Source of the DNA: a virus
Virus record (IMG/VR): IMGVR_UViG_3300012665_000925
Span: 1-64,000 of that record
Strand: one strand, 5' to 3'
Length of the DNA: 64,000 nucleotides
Each line of letters starts with the position of its first letter. The first letter of the stretch is position 1. A program made the translations under genes and the position numbers. This document shows, one piece after another, positions 45,601-54,925 of this stretch. Under the pieces are notes generated by a model. That model had not been told where the DNA came from, did not search any database, and was given only the letters and a program-made list of their open reading frames with translations.

Positions 45601-47600
45601 TTAACCGCGACTGGGAGCTGTATGGCAGTTCTCTATCTGGTCTATCTGCATACTTGATAACTGAGACAAAAACTATTTCCAGTGCTACCGACTACTCGAA
45701 GCTAAACTTTGTAGCTGATGTTGTATCTGTACCTTCTACAACCAAACTTGTGTTCAAGTATCCTGGCGTAGATGACGACGGATTTAGTGGGACCTACACC
45801 CCAGGCGTCACTGTCACAGCTACTGCTCCCGCTTATAGAAACGAGACAAGCAATCAGCCAGAGGTTGGTGACCTATTTGGCTTGTCTGGATTTAGAGATA
45901 CCAGCATTAGCCTGTACTCATACTTGAATAGGGACGGGTATACCGTCAATGATATAGGCTCCGTTCCTTCTCAGACGGCAAATACGTACATCTATCTAAC
46001 TCCTCCAAAAGTTAGTGGAAAGTACATCAAGTATGCAAACGCAGTATTCACTGCTGGTAAATACCCGACCCTGAGCCGTGGCTTTGACGTTAGCGGTAGC
46101 GTGTATCTAAACCAGTCTGTTCGCGATGCCACTGAGGACCGAAACTCTTACACAGTTAGTAAGGTCACCAGAGCGGCCGACAATGTTACAACTACTCTTT
46201 ACACCAGCATTCACTCTATAAATGTTGGCGACTATGTCGTAGTAGACATGTTTAAGGATAGTTTTGATGCTTTCACCCAGAACTACAAGCCATTAAAGGT
46301 GACGGCAACCACTGCCAATAGCATCACCTATGTGATGTCTACTAAGACTTCAATCGAGTACATTTCCTGGAACGCTAAAGTAGCCACTGTTTACTTTACT
46401 GGCGGTTCTGATGCTCGTCACAATTTTGTTGTTGGAGACACCGTAACTATCGCAAACATCCCTGATGCTGGATTTAGCGGGACTGGTAAGGTTATTACCT
46501 CGGTCAGCCCTACAAGTATCTCGTTCACCAACACTAGCCCTACTGCAAAAATTAAGAAGAAAACTACAGCCAGTACTGCCACGGCTACAAGAACTGCATC
46601 AGTTACTATTACTGATAGCTCGACTGACGGCGTAATTACAAAGGTCCCGACTATCTACAAACGACCAGTTGTGTATTCTAAGACCTACGGTGAGTACCCT
46701 AATAACGCTAGTATCGGTGGAATCACATTCTCCACTATGGACTACAGCAATAAAGGAATGGCTAACTCTCCAATCTTCGGAAGCGACCTTCAAACAGTTG
46801 CCGAGATTCTAGACAAGTACTCTAATGGTCTCAATGGGTTTGATTACCGCATTGACCCTGGTCTATACACTGATACTGACGGGGTAAAGAAGTTCACTCG
46901 CAAGTTTGTGCTGATTCCTATCTACCCGCCGACTCTGACCTCGTACCTGAATACGCTGCCTGGTGGCAAGCTGGCTCGCGGGCAGGTAGCTACTCCAGCT
47001 GCTCTGGGTGCGGACAAGGTCATCTTCGAGTACCCAGGAAACGTGACTAACGTCAGCCTTGCTGAGAAAGCCGAGACTTCTGCGACGCGTATCTTTGTTC
47101 GTAGCGGCGATGGTAAAGCTGGTTCTGGTACAGAAGTAGCGTACTCTGCAGCAGCTGACTCAGACCTGCTTGCCGATAACTGGCCACTACTTGATAAGAA
47201 GGAGACAGTTGCCTGGCCTCTACAGGCTTCAGGAACAGATGCTGGAACCACCCCAACCAACACCGACACCTGGGGAAACCACGATGACGAAACTGACTAC
47301 CACACAAGTGCGTTAAGATTTTTAAGTGAGTCAAAACCGCCAGCTGGTGATTTTGTAATCAACGTTAATGGTTCCGTGACTCCTGTAATTGGAAGCTACA
47401 ATCCTGGAGACTGGTGCTCAATTATCATCAATGACAACTTCGTCAAGACACGCCTAAACAGCGTACTCGAACCAAGAAAAGACGTCATTGTTCGAAAGAT
47501 TGATGCCATCAAGGTTTCTGTTCCAAATAACCCAGCGTTCCCCGAGCAGATTAGCTTGACACTTATTCCAGATTGGCAGGTCGACTCAGTTGGCAAATAG
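42657..47600 (+). CDS. Baseplate hub/minor tail protein with long repeat insertion
   Basis: N-terminal PGKTALYVVRD..PVWGGIIW hub motif; C-terminal FEYPGNV...YNPGDW; repeated H[GN][LF]..G..V.I motifs. Confidence 0.75.
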   Translation: MPDGIALPITSANAPRYRYYTVNIVTNKVIGEIPFEDVSYERSVKAPGPFEGKITVSEQTNDLDLYNATLPGKTALYVVRDETPVWGGIIWGRTYDLVGRSLAISASEFTSYLSHRIVWKTYSHSFTAKLTKVTDNGYVKVSVQNKTLKEALTITDASGNPTTVSINFADNALRKYNKNYNVVGLASTPAAPADPGRTAFYVDMPLLPAKKGIYDGVGVSMKADTYDYLRDILTSTFADFTDIQFPNEVIEPGIREAYTVKTKQLAASNSTVGVATLTTETDHGLTLGQSVEISNVDPQLDGLYAVSEIPNKQTFKYNIVNPVAAYDRSTKIYLTNIATANVVDQRDTVARRRVTTYISQYITNISRVSGVTTLTFDGVHNFEKGQKIVLSIEASPYVYFMISVTTTKNGKKTTKKVKTNTFDYKQWNHTVLVTSATDETITFDEPKYKAAKYNKTFDTVTLNKNSAKSAEPVSTLQLYPSNSSGYNIGDNVYVDGVDQPEWPYGVYDGYQKIYDVSPGTAIKISSYESLLSNSNEDETEDTVVVRYTCDADPGIAEQDEFVVSGITAYPQLNGTFIAAKPSYKSSTKWIVEVKKAIAIISSTAQSSGAALRKNGDSWIAYRPNTSELRYSLKSEPNNVAAVVKMSYTKKTKTVKVVTKERHSFKVGDNVRLEYAKSKNNVDQKTYGGNIVITGVSDSDTFTYVLVKGRHKLAAPTSDVAVVTKTATATLISSKTAITPALDIPILAIRGEATSDAYSTITVYADDHDLKSGDFISISYANAAYNAISTKEEPVQVTTAGDKYFRYQVGGPSFGGDTTNVYSLEYMSSSNVRVKVAKSTALTALTATITSVDFSNVANNQVVFTTASPHGIVAGRKVSITGFPQPSTTIRTSTNTAVTVTNISYLSQDNSITVRFSAPHGLSDVDDIGAKLKISGAPDTAPYLTDTDYINGLPLKSWLNSSTGHYIADVVTPTEVSIPLMEFNRDWELYGSSLSGLSAYLITETKTISSATDYSKLNFVADVVSVPSTTKLVFKYPGVDDDGFSGTYTPGVTVTATAPAYRNETSNQPEVGDLFGLSGFRDTSISLYSYLNRDGYTVNDIGSVPSQTANTYIYLTPPKVSGKYIKYANAVFTAGKYPTLSRGFDVSGSVYLNQSVRDATEDRNSYTVSKVTRAADNVTTTLYTSIHSINVGDYVVVDMFKDSFDAFTQNYKPLKVTATTANSITYVMSTKTSIEYISWNAKVATVYFTGGSDARHNFVVGDTVTIANIPDAGFSGTGKVITSVSPTSISFTNTSPTAKIKKKTTASTATATRTASVTITDSSTDGVITKVPTIYKRPVVYSKTYGEYPNNASIGGITFSTMDYSNKGMANSPIFGSDLQTVAEILDKYSNGLNGFDYRIDPGLYTDTDGVKKFTRKFVLIPIYPPTLTSYLNTLPGGKLARGQVATPAALGADKVIFEYPGNVTNVSLAEKAETSATRIFVRSGDGKAGSGTEVAYSAAADSDLLADNWPLLDKKETVAWPLQASGTDAGTTPTNTDTWGNHDDETDYHTSALRFLSESKPPAGDFVINVNGSVTPVIGSYNPGDWCSIIINDNFVKTRLNSVLEPRKDVIVRKIDAIKVSVPNNPAFPEQISLTLIPDWQVDSVGK

Positions 47601-50600
47601 ACGCATAAGCCGTAATAAGAGCTTTGCCTCTTATGTAAATTCGATTAACCAAGACGTAAATGCACTTAAAAGTACCAACACTGGCGGAAGCATTAGTGCT
47701 GGTGCAATCTCTGGTGAAAACCTAAGCGAAACAGTAACGCTATTTGGAAGTTCAATCCAAAGCAACAACTACGCTCCTGGAGCTGCTGGTTGGAAGATTG
47801 ATGGCACTGGTGTGGCAGAGTTTGCGGATGTCTATGTCCGTGGTGATATTAATGCTGAGACTGGAACTATCGGTTACTGGAATATCAGTCCAGTAGATGC
47901 CACCCGTCACATTGGTAATGACCGAATCTTTGGTACGTTCCTAGAGTCTGCTCAGATTGGAATCAATGACGATGAGCGAGACGATGGCGTTTATGTGTCG
48001 CTCTACAAGACCTATTTCGAGGACGCACTCCCCGTAACGGACTGCAGACGTACTGCCAACGTTGCAACTATCACGGTTCCAGGGCACACGTACCAAGCTG
48101 GAGATTACATTAATGTTTTAATCGACCAGGATACAACTTTTAACGCGTCCCCCGTTGCTGTAAGAATTGATGAAGTTACCGAGTTTACGGTTAGTTATGA
48201 GAACACAGGCTCCGACTTTCCTACTGCCAACTCTACAACTGGAATCCTATCTAGCACAGCGGTAACTGGTACCGCTCAGTATTTCCAGAAAGACTCTGCT
48301 GGTCTATTTGTTCGTGACTACGGAAAAGTTGACTTCGACTACGGGTACTTCTCTTCTGAAGGCGTTAAATATGCCGCGGGCCAAGCAGTTAACTTGTTCC
48401 ACAATCCGAGTTTTGAATATGGCTACGTGCTTTACGAGGCTGACAGTACTCCCGACCTAGGTACATGGACTATTGTTTCTGGTAGCGGTAGAAGTGCCAC
48501 TAACTCGGCTGCCACATTTAGCTCCAACTTCTACCCATTGACGGCTGGAAGTTTTGTTGGCTGGGAGTTTAAGATTTCCAACACTGGATACTACACTCCC
48601 ACTACTGACTACATCAAAGGCGTAGTAGATTACGCGGGAGCAAAAACATACAAAGTATTTGGCTCTAGTGCTGGTACAGATAGAGAACTTACTTTCAGTG
48701 CGGACGTGTTCTTCTCCCCGACACACCAGGCAATGACTCCTAGCGGAGTAACTGTGACGGCACCAAACTTGGTGTTTACTTTTGCATCTAATCCTTATGC
48801 ATTAGTCGGAGATATGATTTATCTAGACTTAGATATCTGGGACGATGCTTATACCTACAGCTCTGCCACGCAAAAAACTGGCGACAGACTGTTTAAGGTA
48901 AATGCTGCTAACGCAACTAGCCTCACAGTTACTAACCCCTGGGCGTTGGCAATAACAGGTGCCACTATAGAATCAACCACCTCTGGCAGACCAGCAACTA
49001 TTTATCACATTGCTGATGGTCAGCAAGTGACAACTGTAGCCCTAACCTACTCAAACGCATCAGTAAACACTATTATGACCTTGACTGCACCCAACCACGG
49101 GTTCACTACTGGAGATGTCATATATCTAGATGCAAACGTATTTGACTCTGACCCAGACTTTGCTTATAACAACTTTGCAGAGTTTGGTGTTGGCGATGAT
49201 GGTCACACCTTCACAGTTAAATCCACAACGTCGACAACAGTTGTCGTGGAGGTCCCGAATGCGGATTACCAACCAGCTGGATATACGTTATCTGGTCGAA
49301 CTAGCGATAGTGGATATGTTAGACCTGCTGCTATCTATTCTGGAAAAACAGTTTTGTATAGTTATGACTCTGCGAAAATAGAGTTTTCTAATGGAACTAC
49401 TACCACCCTATATAGCGTTCTTACCACGGCATCCAAAGCTGAGTGGAACGATGTGGCTAACAGTGTTGTAAATAAGATTTCTACATATATTCCAGATGAC
49501 TACATTGCAGCAGCCGTAAATAAGAATATCTCTATGGCTAAGGGCTCTAATAGTCCTTTTAGAATAAGCGCGTATGCCTTAGATGCCGCATATCAGTCCC
49601 TTGACCCGACTGGGCGAGCTGCCTCGGCTAATTTCTACATCAGACTCCCACTTGGGTTCTATGAGGCTGACGGTACAACAGTGCTAAAAGCTAAGGCGGA
49701 TAGCCTAGCTCAGACTGTTCGTCAGACATATGACAACATTCAACTATCGACTGGTTCGGAGTTCTTTTTTGGTGGAGATTCGCACTCGGGAAGTTCCTGG
49801 GCCGACACCACACTAATTCCTGCTACGTACTCTGTTGGTACTGCAGATTCTTGGATTGATATTAGTGTTGAGAACGGCACTAGCTCTATCGACCACATCT
49901 CTGCGCTAACATTCATACCTACTGGTACTACGGTCTTGTATAACCCAGCATCGATTGCTCCTATTGCTCCACCGTCTTACGACTACTCACCTTATCAAGT
50001 GCCTGGTTATGTGTCATATGGGCAAACCACTTTATTAAATGCCAATCAGTCTACTTACTTGGTAGACAGTAGCATGCTAACCATCGAGGCTGGTAAATCT
50101 GGCTACATTAGTCCGAGTGGAACCATCACGTCTTCTGGTAGCTACCTGACTGGAGTTTCTGGGTCACTGGCTTCTGGTTTTGAGATGGTGGCATACAAGG
50201 ATAGCGAGCTCTCTTCCCCGATTTCTTCAATTGGAGTTTGGGTAGACCATGATAACCTCAGCTACGCGTCTATTAGCGCTGACAAAGTCTATTTTAGAGA
50301 CTCTTATGATAATAAGACCCTTGCCTCGGACTATAGAGTAGCAAGTAGCGGTTCACTGCCTAAAGATGAGTTTGGCAGCTATCTGCCAGAGATGGCGAAT
50401 CACGTAGTCTACCTAAAGAGCGCTACTAATATAACCACTACCAACACTTCATACACCTATGGAACATCTAAGCTAGGTGGGTATTTTAGAACTGGAGCTT
50501 CTGGAAAAACTTTGGTTAATTTTGGCATGAGGACCGACAACTCTACTACTGGTAGCGTGTATGGGAACGTTGAAATTAGACTTGGAACAGACTCAGATGG

Positions 50601-50805
50601 AGTGCCTACAACCAGCGGTACTGTGGTGTCTAACTACGCAGCGGTTGTTGCTCAGAGCCAGGGCACAAATATCCACACCAGTACTTCAGCCTGCCTATAC
50701 CACCTACTACCACATACTACGTACTATATTGCTTTTGGGTGGTATGTTAGCTCTGGTACTGGTAGTGCTTATGACCGATTCATAATCGTAAATCAAATTG
50801 TTTAG
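47590..50805 (+). CDS. Tail fiber/receptor-binding protein
   Basis: IQSNNY.PG.AGWKI...G.AEF..V.VRG.I.A..GTIG.W motif; S/T/G/Y-rich beta structure. Confidence 0.75.
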   Translation: MANRRISRNKSFASYVNSINQDVNALKSTNTGGSISAGAISGENLSETVTLFGSSIQSNNYAPGAAGWKIDGTGVAEFADVYVRGDINAETGTIGYWNISPVDATRHIGNDRIFGTFLESAQIGINDDERDDGVYVSLYKTYFEDALPVTDCRRTANVATITVPGHTYQAGDYINVLIDQDTTFNASPVAVRIDEVTEFTVSYENTGSDFPTANSTTGILSSTAVTGTAQYFQKDSAGLFVRDYGKVDFDYGYFSSEGVKYAAGQAVNLFHNPSFEYGYVLYEADSTPDLGTWTIVSGSGRSATNSAATFSSNFYPLTAGSFVGWEFKISNTGYYTPTTDYIKGVVDYAGAKTYKVFGSSAGTDRELTFSADVFFSPTHQAMTPSGVTVTAPNLVFTFASNPYALVGDMIYLDLDIWDDAYTYSSATQKTGDRLFKVNAANATSLTVTNPWALAITGATIESTTSGRPATIYHIADGQQVTTVALTYSNASVNTIMTLTAPNHGFTTGDVIYLDANVFDSDPDFAYNNFAEFGVGDDGHTFTVKSTTSTTVVVEVPNADYQPAGYTLSGRTSDSGYVRPAAIYSGKTVLYSYDSAKIEFSNGTTTTLYSVLTTASKAEWNDVANSVVNKISTYIPDDYIAAAVNKNISMAKGSNSPFRISAYALDAAYQSLDPTGRAASANFYIRLPLGFYEADGTTVLKAKADSLAQTVRQTYDNIQLSTGSEFFFGGDSHSGSSWADTTLIPATYSVGTADSWIDISVENGTSSIDHISALTFIPTGTTVLYNPASIAPIAPPSYDYSPYQVPGYVSYGQTTLLNANQSTYLVDSSMLTIEAGKSGYISPSGTITSSGSYLTGVSGSLASGFEMVAYKDSELSSPISSIGVWVDHDNLSYASISADKVYFRDSYDNKTLASDYRVASSGSLPKDEFGSYLPEMANHVVYLKSATNITTTNTSYTYGTSKLGGYFRTGASGKTLVNFGMRTDNSTTGSVYGNVEIRLGTDSDGVPTTSGTVVSNYAAVVAQSQGTNIHTSTSACLYHLLPHTTYYIAFGWYVSSGTGSAYDRFIIVNQIV

Positions 50806-50811
50806 GATATT

Positions 50812-50949
50812 ATGTTTAGAATACTAAAAATAGATGGCCCAGACGGTGGCTATGTTTACATCGTCTATGATGTAGTGTCTAAAAAAGATATTGCATCTTA
50901 CGGCACATTAGAAGAAGCTTATAAAGATTTAATAAGTCGTCGACTTTAG
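50812..50949 (+). CDS. Small hypothetical protein (45 aa)
   Basis: Hand-translated MFRILKIDGP...; AGGA RBS. Confidence 0.5.
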   Translation: MFRILKIDGPDGGYVYIVYDVVSKKDIASYGTLEEAYKDLISRRL

Positions 50950-50953
50950 ACTA

Positions 50954-51481
50954 CTATTTAGAAGTTGACTTCTTATTTTGTAGTTTTACTCTTGCTGCTC
51001 TCTTGCGGGCTTGTTCTTTTTGTGCACGAATCATTCGTTCTGCTCTTTGAGCGTGGTAAGCGTCTACAGCATTTGCACTAGTTCTGCTCTGCCATTCAAA
51101 ACCACACTCGGTACACTCAACCATACGCATTGTCGCCCAGCGGCCACCATTAGGTCGCTCTACAGTTTTTGTCACTAGGTCCAACGTCTTTGTGTCGCAA
51201 CCTGGGCACTTAGGGAATCGCTTACGACGAATCTCCTGACCTTCCCAGTTAATGGAAAGTGTGCGTTTGATTCGCTTCTGGTCCATGCCACCCCAGACGC
51301 CGTCCTTCTGCTTATCTTCTAGTGCCCACTTAGCACACTGGAGACGAACAGGGCAGTCGTTGCAAATTATTTTTGCAGATGCAATATCTGTTTTGTTGTT
51401 GGAGAAAAATATTTCAATCTTTTCTCTGTACTTTGGCTTAGCACACTCGGCATCTTCATGCCACTCTAGGTCTGAACTCAC
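50954..51481 (-). CDS. whiB: WhiB-family transcription factor with C-terminal zinc ribbon
   Basis: C...CxxCPVxxxC...GVWGG followed by CPGC...CTEC. Confidence 0.9.
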   Translation of the reverse strand: MSSDLEWHEDAECAKPKYREKIEIFFSNNKTDIASAKIICNDCPVRLQCAKWALEDKQKDGVWGGMDQKRIKRTLSINWEGQEIRRKRFPKCPGCDTKTLDLVTKTVERPNGGRWATMRMVECTECGFEWQSRTSANAVDAYHAQRAERMIRAQKEQARKRAARVKLQNKKSTSK

Positions 51482-51825
51482 GGAATCTCTATTTCTACAA
51501 AAGTGATTTCCTGAATATCTTCTATTAGGTCTCCGAGAGGCGAGTTACCGTCTTCATCGCAGAAGGTTAGGTACTCATCCCCACCGACTGAGCCTGCCCA
51601 GCCATGCTGAGTATCTCCGTTGTCTATAAGTTTGAATGCCTCGGCCAGACTGTGCACAATCCCGTCACGCTGTAGCGTAGATGCGAGGGCACGCTTCACT
51701 ACTTCATGCTCTATGTCTACGTGTTCTTCTGTGTAGAACACCAATCCAAGGTCGCCTTTAGTGTACGGAAAGTCGTAACCTTCCCACTCAGACCAAAGGG
51801 CCTCGCCTTTTCTAGAATCTTTCAT
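51478..51825 (-). CDS. Hypothetical protein (leaderless)
   Basis: 115 aa; TAGAAT 6 nt before the ATG. Confidence 0.75.
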   Translation of the reverse strand: MKDSRKGEALWSEWEGYDFPYTKGDLGLVFYTEEHVDIEHEVVKRALASTLQRDGIVHSLAEAFKLIDNGDTQHGWAGSVGGDEYLTFCDEDGNSPLGDLIEDIQEITFVEIEIP

Positions 51826-51884
51826 ACTATGATTCTATATTGACGAGACCCTTCTATATGGTCTATAATCCGTGAATTACAAAT

Positions 51885-52100
51885 TTAACCACCAGGGGTG
51901 ATTACGTAGCCATTCTTCAATTTACCGTGAGCAGTCACTTCAAACTTAGAGTCAAGTAGCTCGACTTTCAGTTCTACGTCTACCTTGTCTGGCACTTCGT
52001 CTCGGTCAATCCCTAGGAACCTACCGATGTGATTCATAGCGGCGTCTTTAGCAGACTGGTAATCCGTAGCAGTGAACTTTAATTCGAATGAAGTACGCAT
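51885..52100 (-). CDS. Hypothetical protein
   Basis: 71 aa; coupled to the upstream gene. Confidence 0.7.
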   Translation of the reverse strand: MRTSFELKFTATDYQSAKDAAMNHIGRFLGIDRDEVPDKVDVELKVELLDSKFEVTAHGKLKNGYVITPGG

Positions 52101-52525
52101 TATCGAACTCGCTTCTCTAGCTTGTATGGAGAGTAGTGCACGCCATCAAGTTGTGGGTTCTTGCCATCAGTTGATTTGAAAATTACGTCTCCATAGCGAA
52201 GAGCAGTAATCTTTCCGCGACGACCGTTGTGCATAGCACCAGAGGCATCATCGAATGCGTCATTTAGGACTCGTACTTCATCTCCAACAGTCAGTTGACC
52301 AGGCAGAGCTGGTACCCAAATCTCGTCCTTGTTCTCCTGCGGAGTTGTTAGTGCCGTGTTTACAGCGAGCTTACTAAAAATCTCTACTGCTTCTTTAGCT
52401 AGTGCAGGGGATAAGTCAGCAGTAGACCAGGTCTCAAGTAGTTTGAGGACCATCTTGCCAGAACCAACCTTTACTTTGGCATCTTGCATTTGCTGTCTAA
52501 CCCATTCGTCATTTACGTCTGGCAT
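52100..52525 (-). CDS. Hypothetical protein (C-terminal SH3/KOW-like)
   Basis: 141 aa; AGGAG RBS; VGDEVRV...HNGRRGKI. Confidence 0.75.
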   Translation of the reverse strand: MPDVNDEWVRQQMQDAKVKVGSGKMVLKLLETWSTADLSPALAKEAVEIFSKLAVNTALTTPQENKDEIWVPALPGQLTVGDEVRVLNDAFDDASGAMHNGRRGKITALRYGDVIFKSTDGKNPQLDGVHYSPYKLEKRVR

Positions 52526-52537
52526 TTGTTTCTCCTA

Positions 52538-53551
52538 TTAGTTGTTTACTAGATTGTTTAAAGTTTCTAGGACTTCTTCTTTTGTAGAAATAGCATTCAA
52601 GTAGTCCTGCTTCTGCAACTTTGTTACTGCGTAACGCTCGTCTGGCTGCATGTGTTCAATGTAGGTGGGTAGATATGCCCACTGCTTAGAGAACTCCATA
52701 GTTTCACGCCACTCGGTCACTACTGGGGTCTGACCATTGAGAGCCATTGTAATCATGGGACTCCACCAGGTTCCTCCGTGGCGTTCCTGCGGAGCAAGTA
52801 AGAATCCGACGGACTCGGCAATTCGCTCTGAGACAGCTAGGTCATTGTCTCGTTTGCTTTCTCTGGCTAGCCCTACTACCTTTACCAACTGGCTTTCAAT
52901 ATTTGAAGACCACCTAGTAGAAAGGTCGTTTGCAGTCCAGTGATACTCTGGCTTAAAGAAATCGGTGTTTCCGTCTTCAAGATAGAGAGCATCAAAATTC
53001 AAACCAATAAGACTGTTCTCGGCACCACGAGGTAGGTATTTAGATACCGATTCGTCGGATTTCCAAGGTAGCCCTGGGTAGATTGTAATAGGCCACTGCT
53101 GGCTCTGAAGCAGCTCACAGGCCCTCACAAGGCGTTCTAGGGCCTCTGGCTTGGATGCTAGGGCATGTTCAGCTCTACGGAAATAGAAGGGTTTTACAAG
53201 GCTTTTAGGGTTCTTTAAGACCGAATTTAGACTGGCTTCTAAGAGCCAATGTTGAGGCTGGTCAATGACCAACCGAAGTTTAGGGGAGTCGAACATCAGC
53301 TCAATTACGCTCAATGCGCCATATGCTTTGTTTGCGCTCAGTGTGGTTGGCGGCACTACACCAACAAAAATTGCATCATAGATGTCTAACTGTTCTTTGG
53401 TCCAAGAGATGCTTGCAGGGACCCACGCAACATCGTGACCCTGACTAACTAAAGCATTATTTAGAATGCCGAAAAATCCAAGGTTACTCTTGTGAACTCT
53501 CTCAGACGTGTGCCCCGAGGCCATACCAGTTAAAAGAATCTTCATAGTCAT
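52538..53551 (-). CDS. Putative glycosyltransferase (GT-B-like)
   Basis: MKILLTG...AL...GHDV.W...YDAIFVG N-terminus and C-terminal WWSP...AL...TPVVT resemble GT-B enzymes. Confidence 0.5.
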   Translation of the reverse strand: MTMKILLTGMASGHTSERVHKSNLGFFGILNNALVSQGHDVAWVPASISWTKEQLDIYDAIFVGVVPPTTLSANKAYGALSVIELMFDSPKLRLVIDQPQHWLLEASLNSVLKNPKSLVKPFYFRRAEHALASKPEALERLVRACELLQSQQWPITIYPGLPWKSDESVSKYLPRGAENSLIGLNFDALYLEDGNTDFFKPEYHWTANDLSTRWSSNIESQLVKVVGLARESKRDNDLAVSERIAESVGFLLAPQERHGGTWWSPMITMALNGQTPVVTEWRETMEFSKQWAYLPTYIEHMQPDERYAVTKLQKQDYLNAISTKEEVLETLNNLVNN

Positions 53552-53610
53552 ACCTTACCAGCAGGTAAGAGGGACACCGATTGCTCGGTGCCCCCTCCGC
53601 TGTTGTTTGT

Positions 53611-54153
53611 TTAGAACGGTGAATCTGCTGCAGTGATAGGAGCAGCTGGAGCTGGAGCAGGTGCTGGAGCAGGAGCAGCAGCCACAGGGGCTGGTGCTGG
53701 AGCTGGAGCAGGTGCAGAAGCAGCTACAGGGGTAGCAGTAGCATCGGTTGGAAGAACGTAGTACATCTTGATTTCGTTCTTCTTCGAGCCCTGCCATACA
53801 CGAGAGCCAACCTGACCACGGAATGAGCGACCGATTAGAGCCTGCTCAATCTGGGCGTTAGATGGGTTCTGGTCGAAGTAGGCCTTGTTTAGACCTAGTG
53901 CTGACATCTTCTTGAAGAACATGCCAAGTGCAGCAGACGAGTCTGGAGAAACAACAAGGTTGTCCCAAACTAGACGCTTTGCGTGTGGACCAGCCTGTAC
54001 CTCAGTCTTGAGCGAGAACATGGTCTTGCCTGACTGTGATACTTTGGCGGTGGCTTCAGTGACCTTTAGGTCATAGTCGCCGTCTGGTAGTGGCTCGTAG
54101 TTTCCTACTTCGCCTGCCTCTTTGACGAGGTCGCTCCAATTTAGTGAGCTCAT
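53611..54153 (-). CDS. DUF669-like ssDNA-binding protein
   Basis: YEPLPDGDY...SQSGK.M...G...R.VWDNL; Pro/Ala tail ending SPF. Confidence 0.75.
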   Translation of the reverse strand: MSSLNWSDLVKEAGEVGNYEPLPDGDYDLKVTEATAKVSQSGKTMFSLKTEVQAGPHAKRLVWDNLVVSPDSSAALGMFFKKMSALGLNKAYFDQNPSNAQIEQALIGRSFRGQVGSRVWQGSKKNEIKMYYVLPTDATATPVAASAPAPAPAPAPVAAAPAPAPAPAPAAPITAADSPF

Positions 54154-54157
54154 AGGA

Positions 54158-54925
54158 TTATCCTACTTTCTGTGTTGTGTCGTTAGTCTTCACTCCGAAG
54201 ACCATGTCGAGCATACGCTCAATTCCTAAATCGCCTTGTTCAACAATCTTCCCAAGACGACCTTGGACACGTTCACCAGCTTCGTAGTCTGGTGTACGTT
54301 CTACATACATACGGCGCACCTTGTAAGGGAGTTGCATTGGGTCAGGGTTTGGTACTGACTCAACGGTAATTGCGCCGAGGATATCGTAGAAATATGGTGC
54401 CTGAACTGCTAGCTGGCCCTGTAGGTAAGGACGGTATACGCCATCCTGTCCCTTACGAGACATAGCAGTCAAGACAATAGCCTCTAGAGGCTGGGTTGGG
54501 TGCATCGTTAGGTCACGGAGGTCACGAAGTAGTGCGCCCATGTGACGAAGTAGTTCGCCCCACTGCTGCATCTTCATCTGCTCTGTACCAGCGATGTTGT
54601 CCATGCACTTCACCTGCAACTCCGAGATGGAGTCGATGATGAGTGACTTGAACTGGTGCTTTCCGCTCTGAAGCCACTGGAATGCTTTCATAACTACATC
54701 GTAGTCACGAACCTGCACAACAACAGTGTCCCAGGTGCCATCAGCAACTGGTGGCTCCTCACGGATTGGGTCCCAGTACTTGACGTTGATTGGTAGGAAG
54801 CGGTGGCCGCCCTCCACATCAAGCATGAGGCGTGGGTATGGTGCGGTAACCGCAAAGGTGGACTTTCCAACCTTTGACTCACCGTGAACCATGATGGTTA
54901 AAGAACGTTGTACTTCGCTCATCAT
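54158..54925 (-). CDS. Sak4-like AAA (AAA_24) ATPase/recombinase
   Basis: HGESKVGKST Walker A, LDVEGG, IIDSISE. Confidence 0.8.
   Translation of the reverse strand: MMSEVQRSLTIMVHGESKVGKSTFAVTAPYPRLMLDVEGGHRFLPINVKYWDPIREEPPVADGTWDTVVVQVRDYDVVMKAFQWLQSGKHQFKSLIIDSISELQVKCMDNIAGTEQMKMQQWGELLRHMGALLRDLRDLTMHPTQPLEAIVLTAMSRKGQDGVYRPYLQGQLAVQAPYFYDILGAITVESVPNPDPMQLPYKVRRMYVERTPDYEAGERVQGRLGKIVEQGDLGIERMLDMVFGVKTNDTTQKVG

Noticed and set aside
53555-53797. Cys/Ser-rich 80-aa ORF
   Set aside because: Alternate-frame reading of the Pro/Ala repeat tail of the SSB gene.
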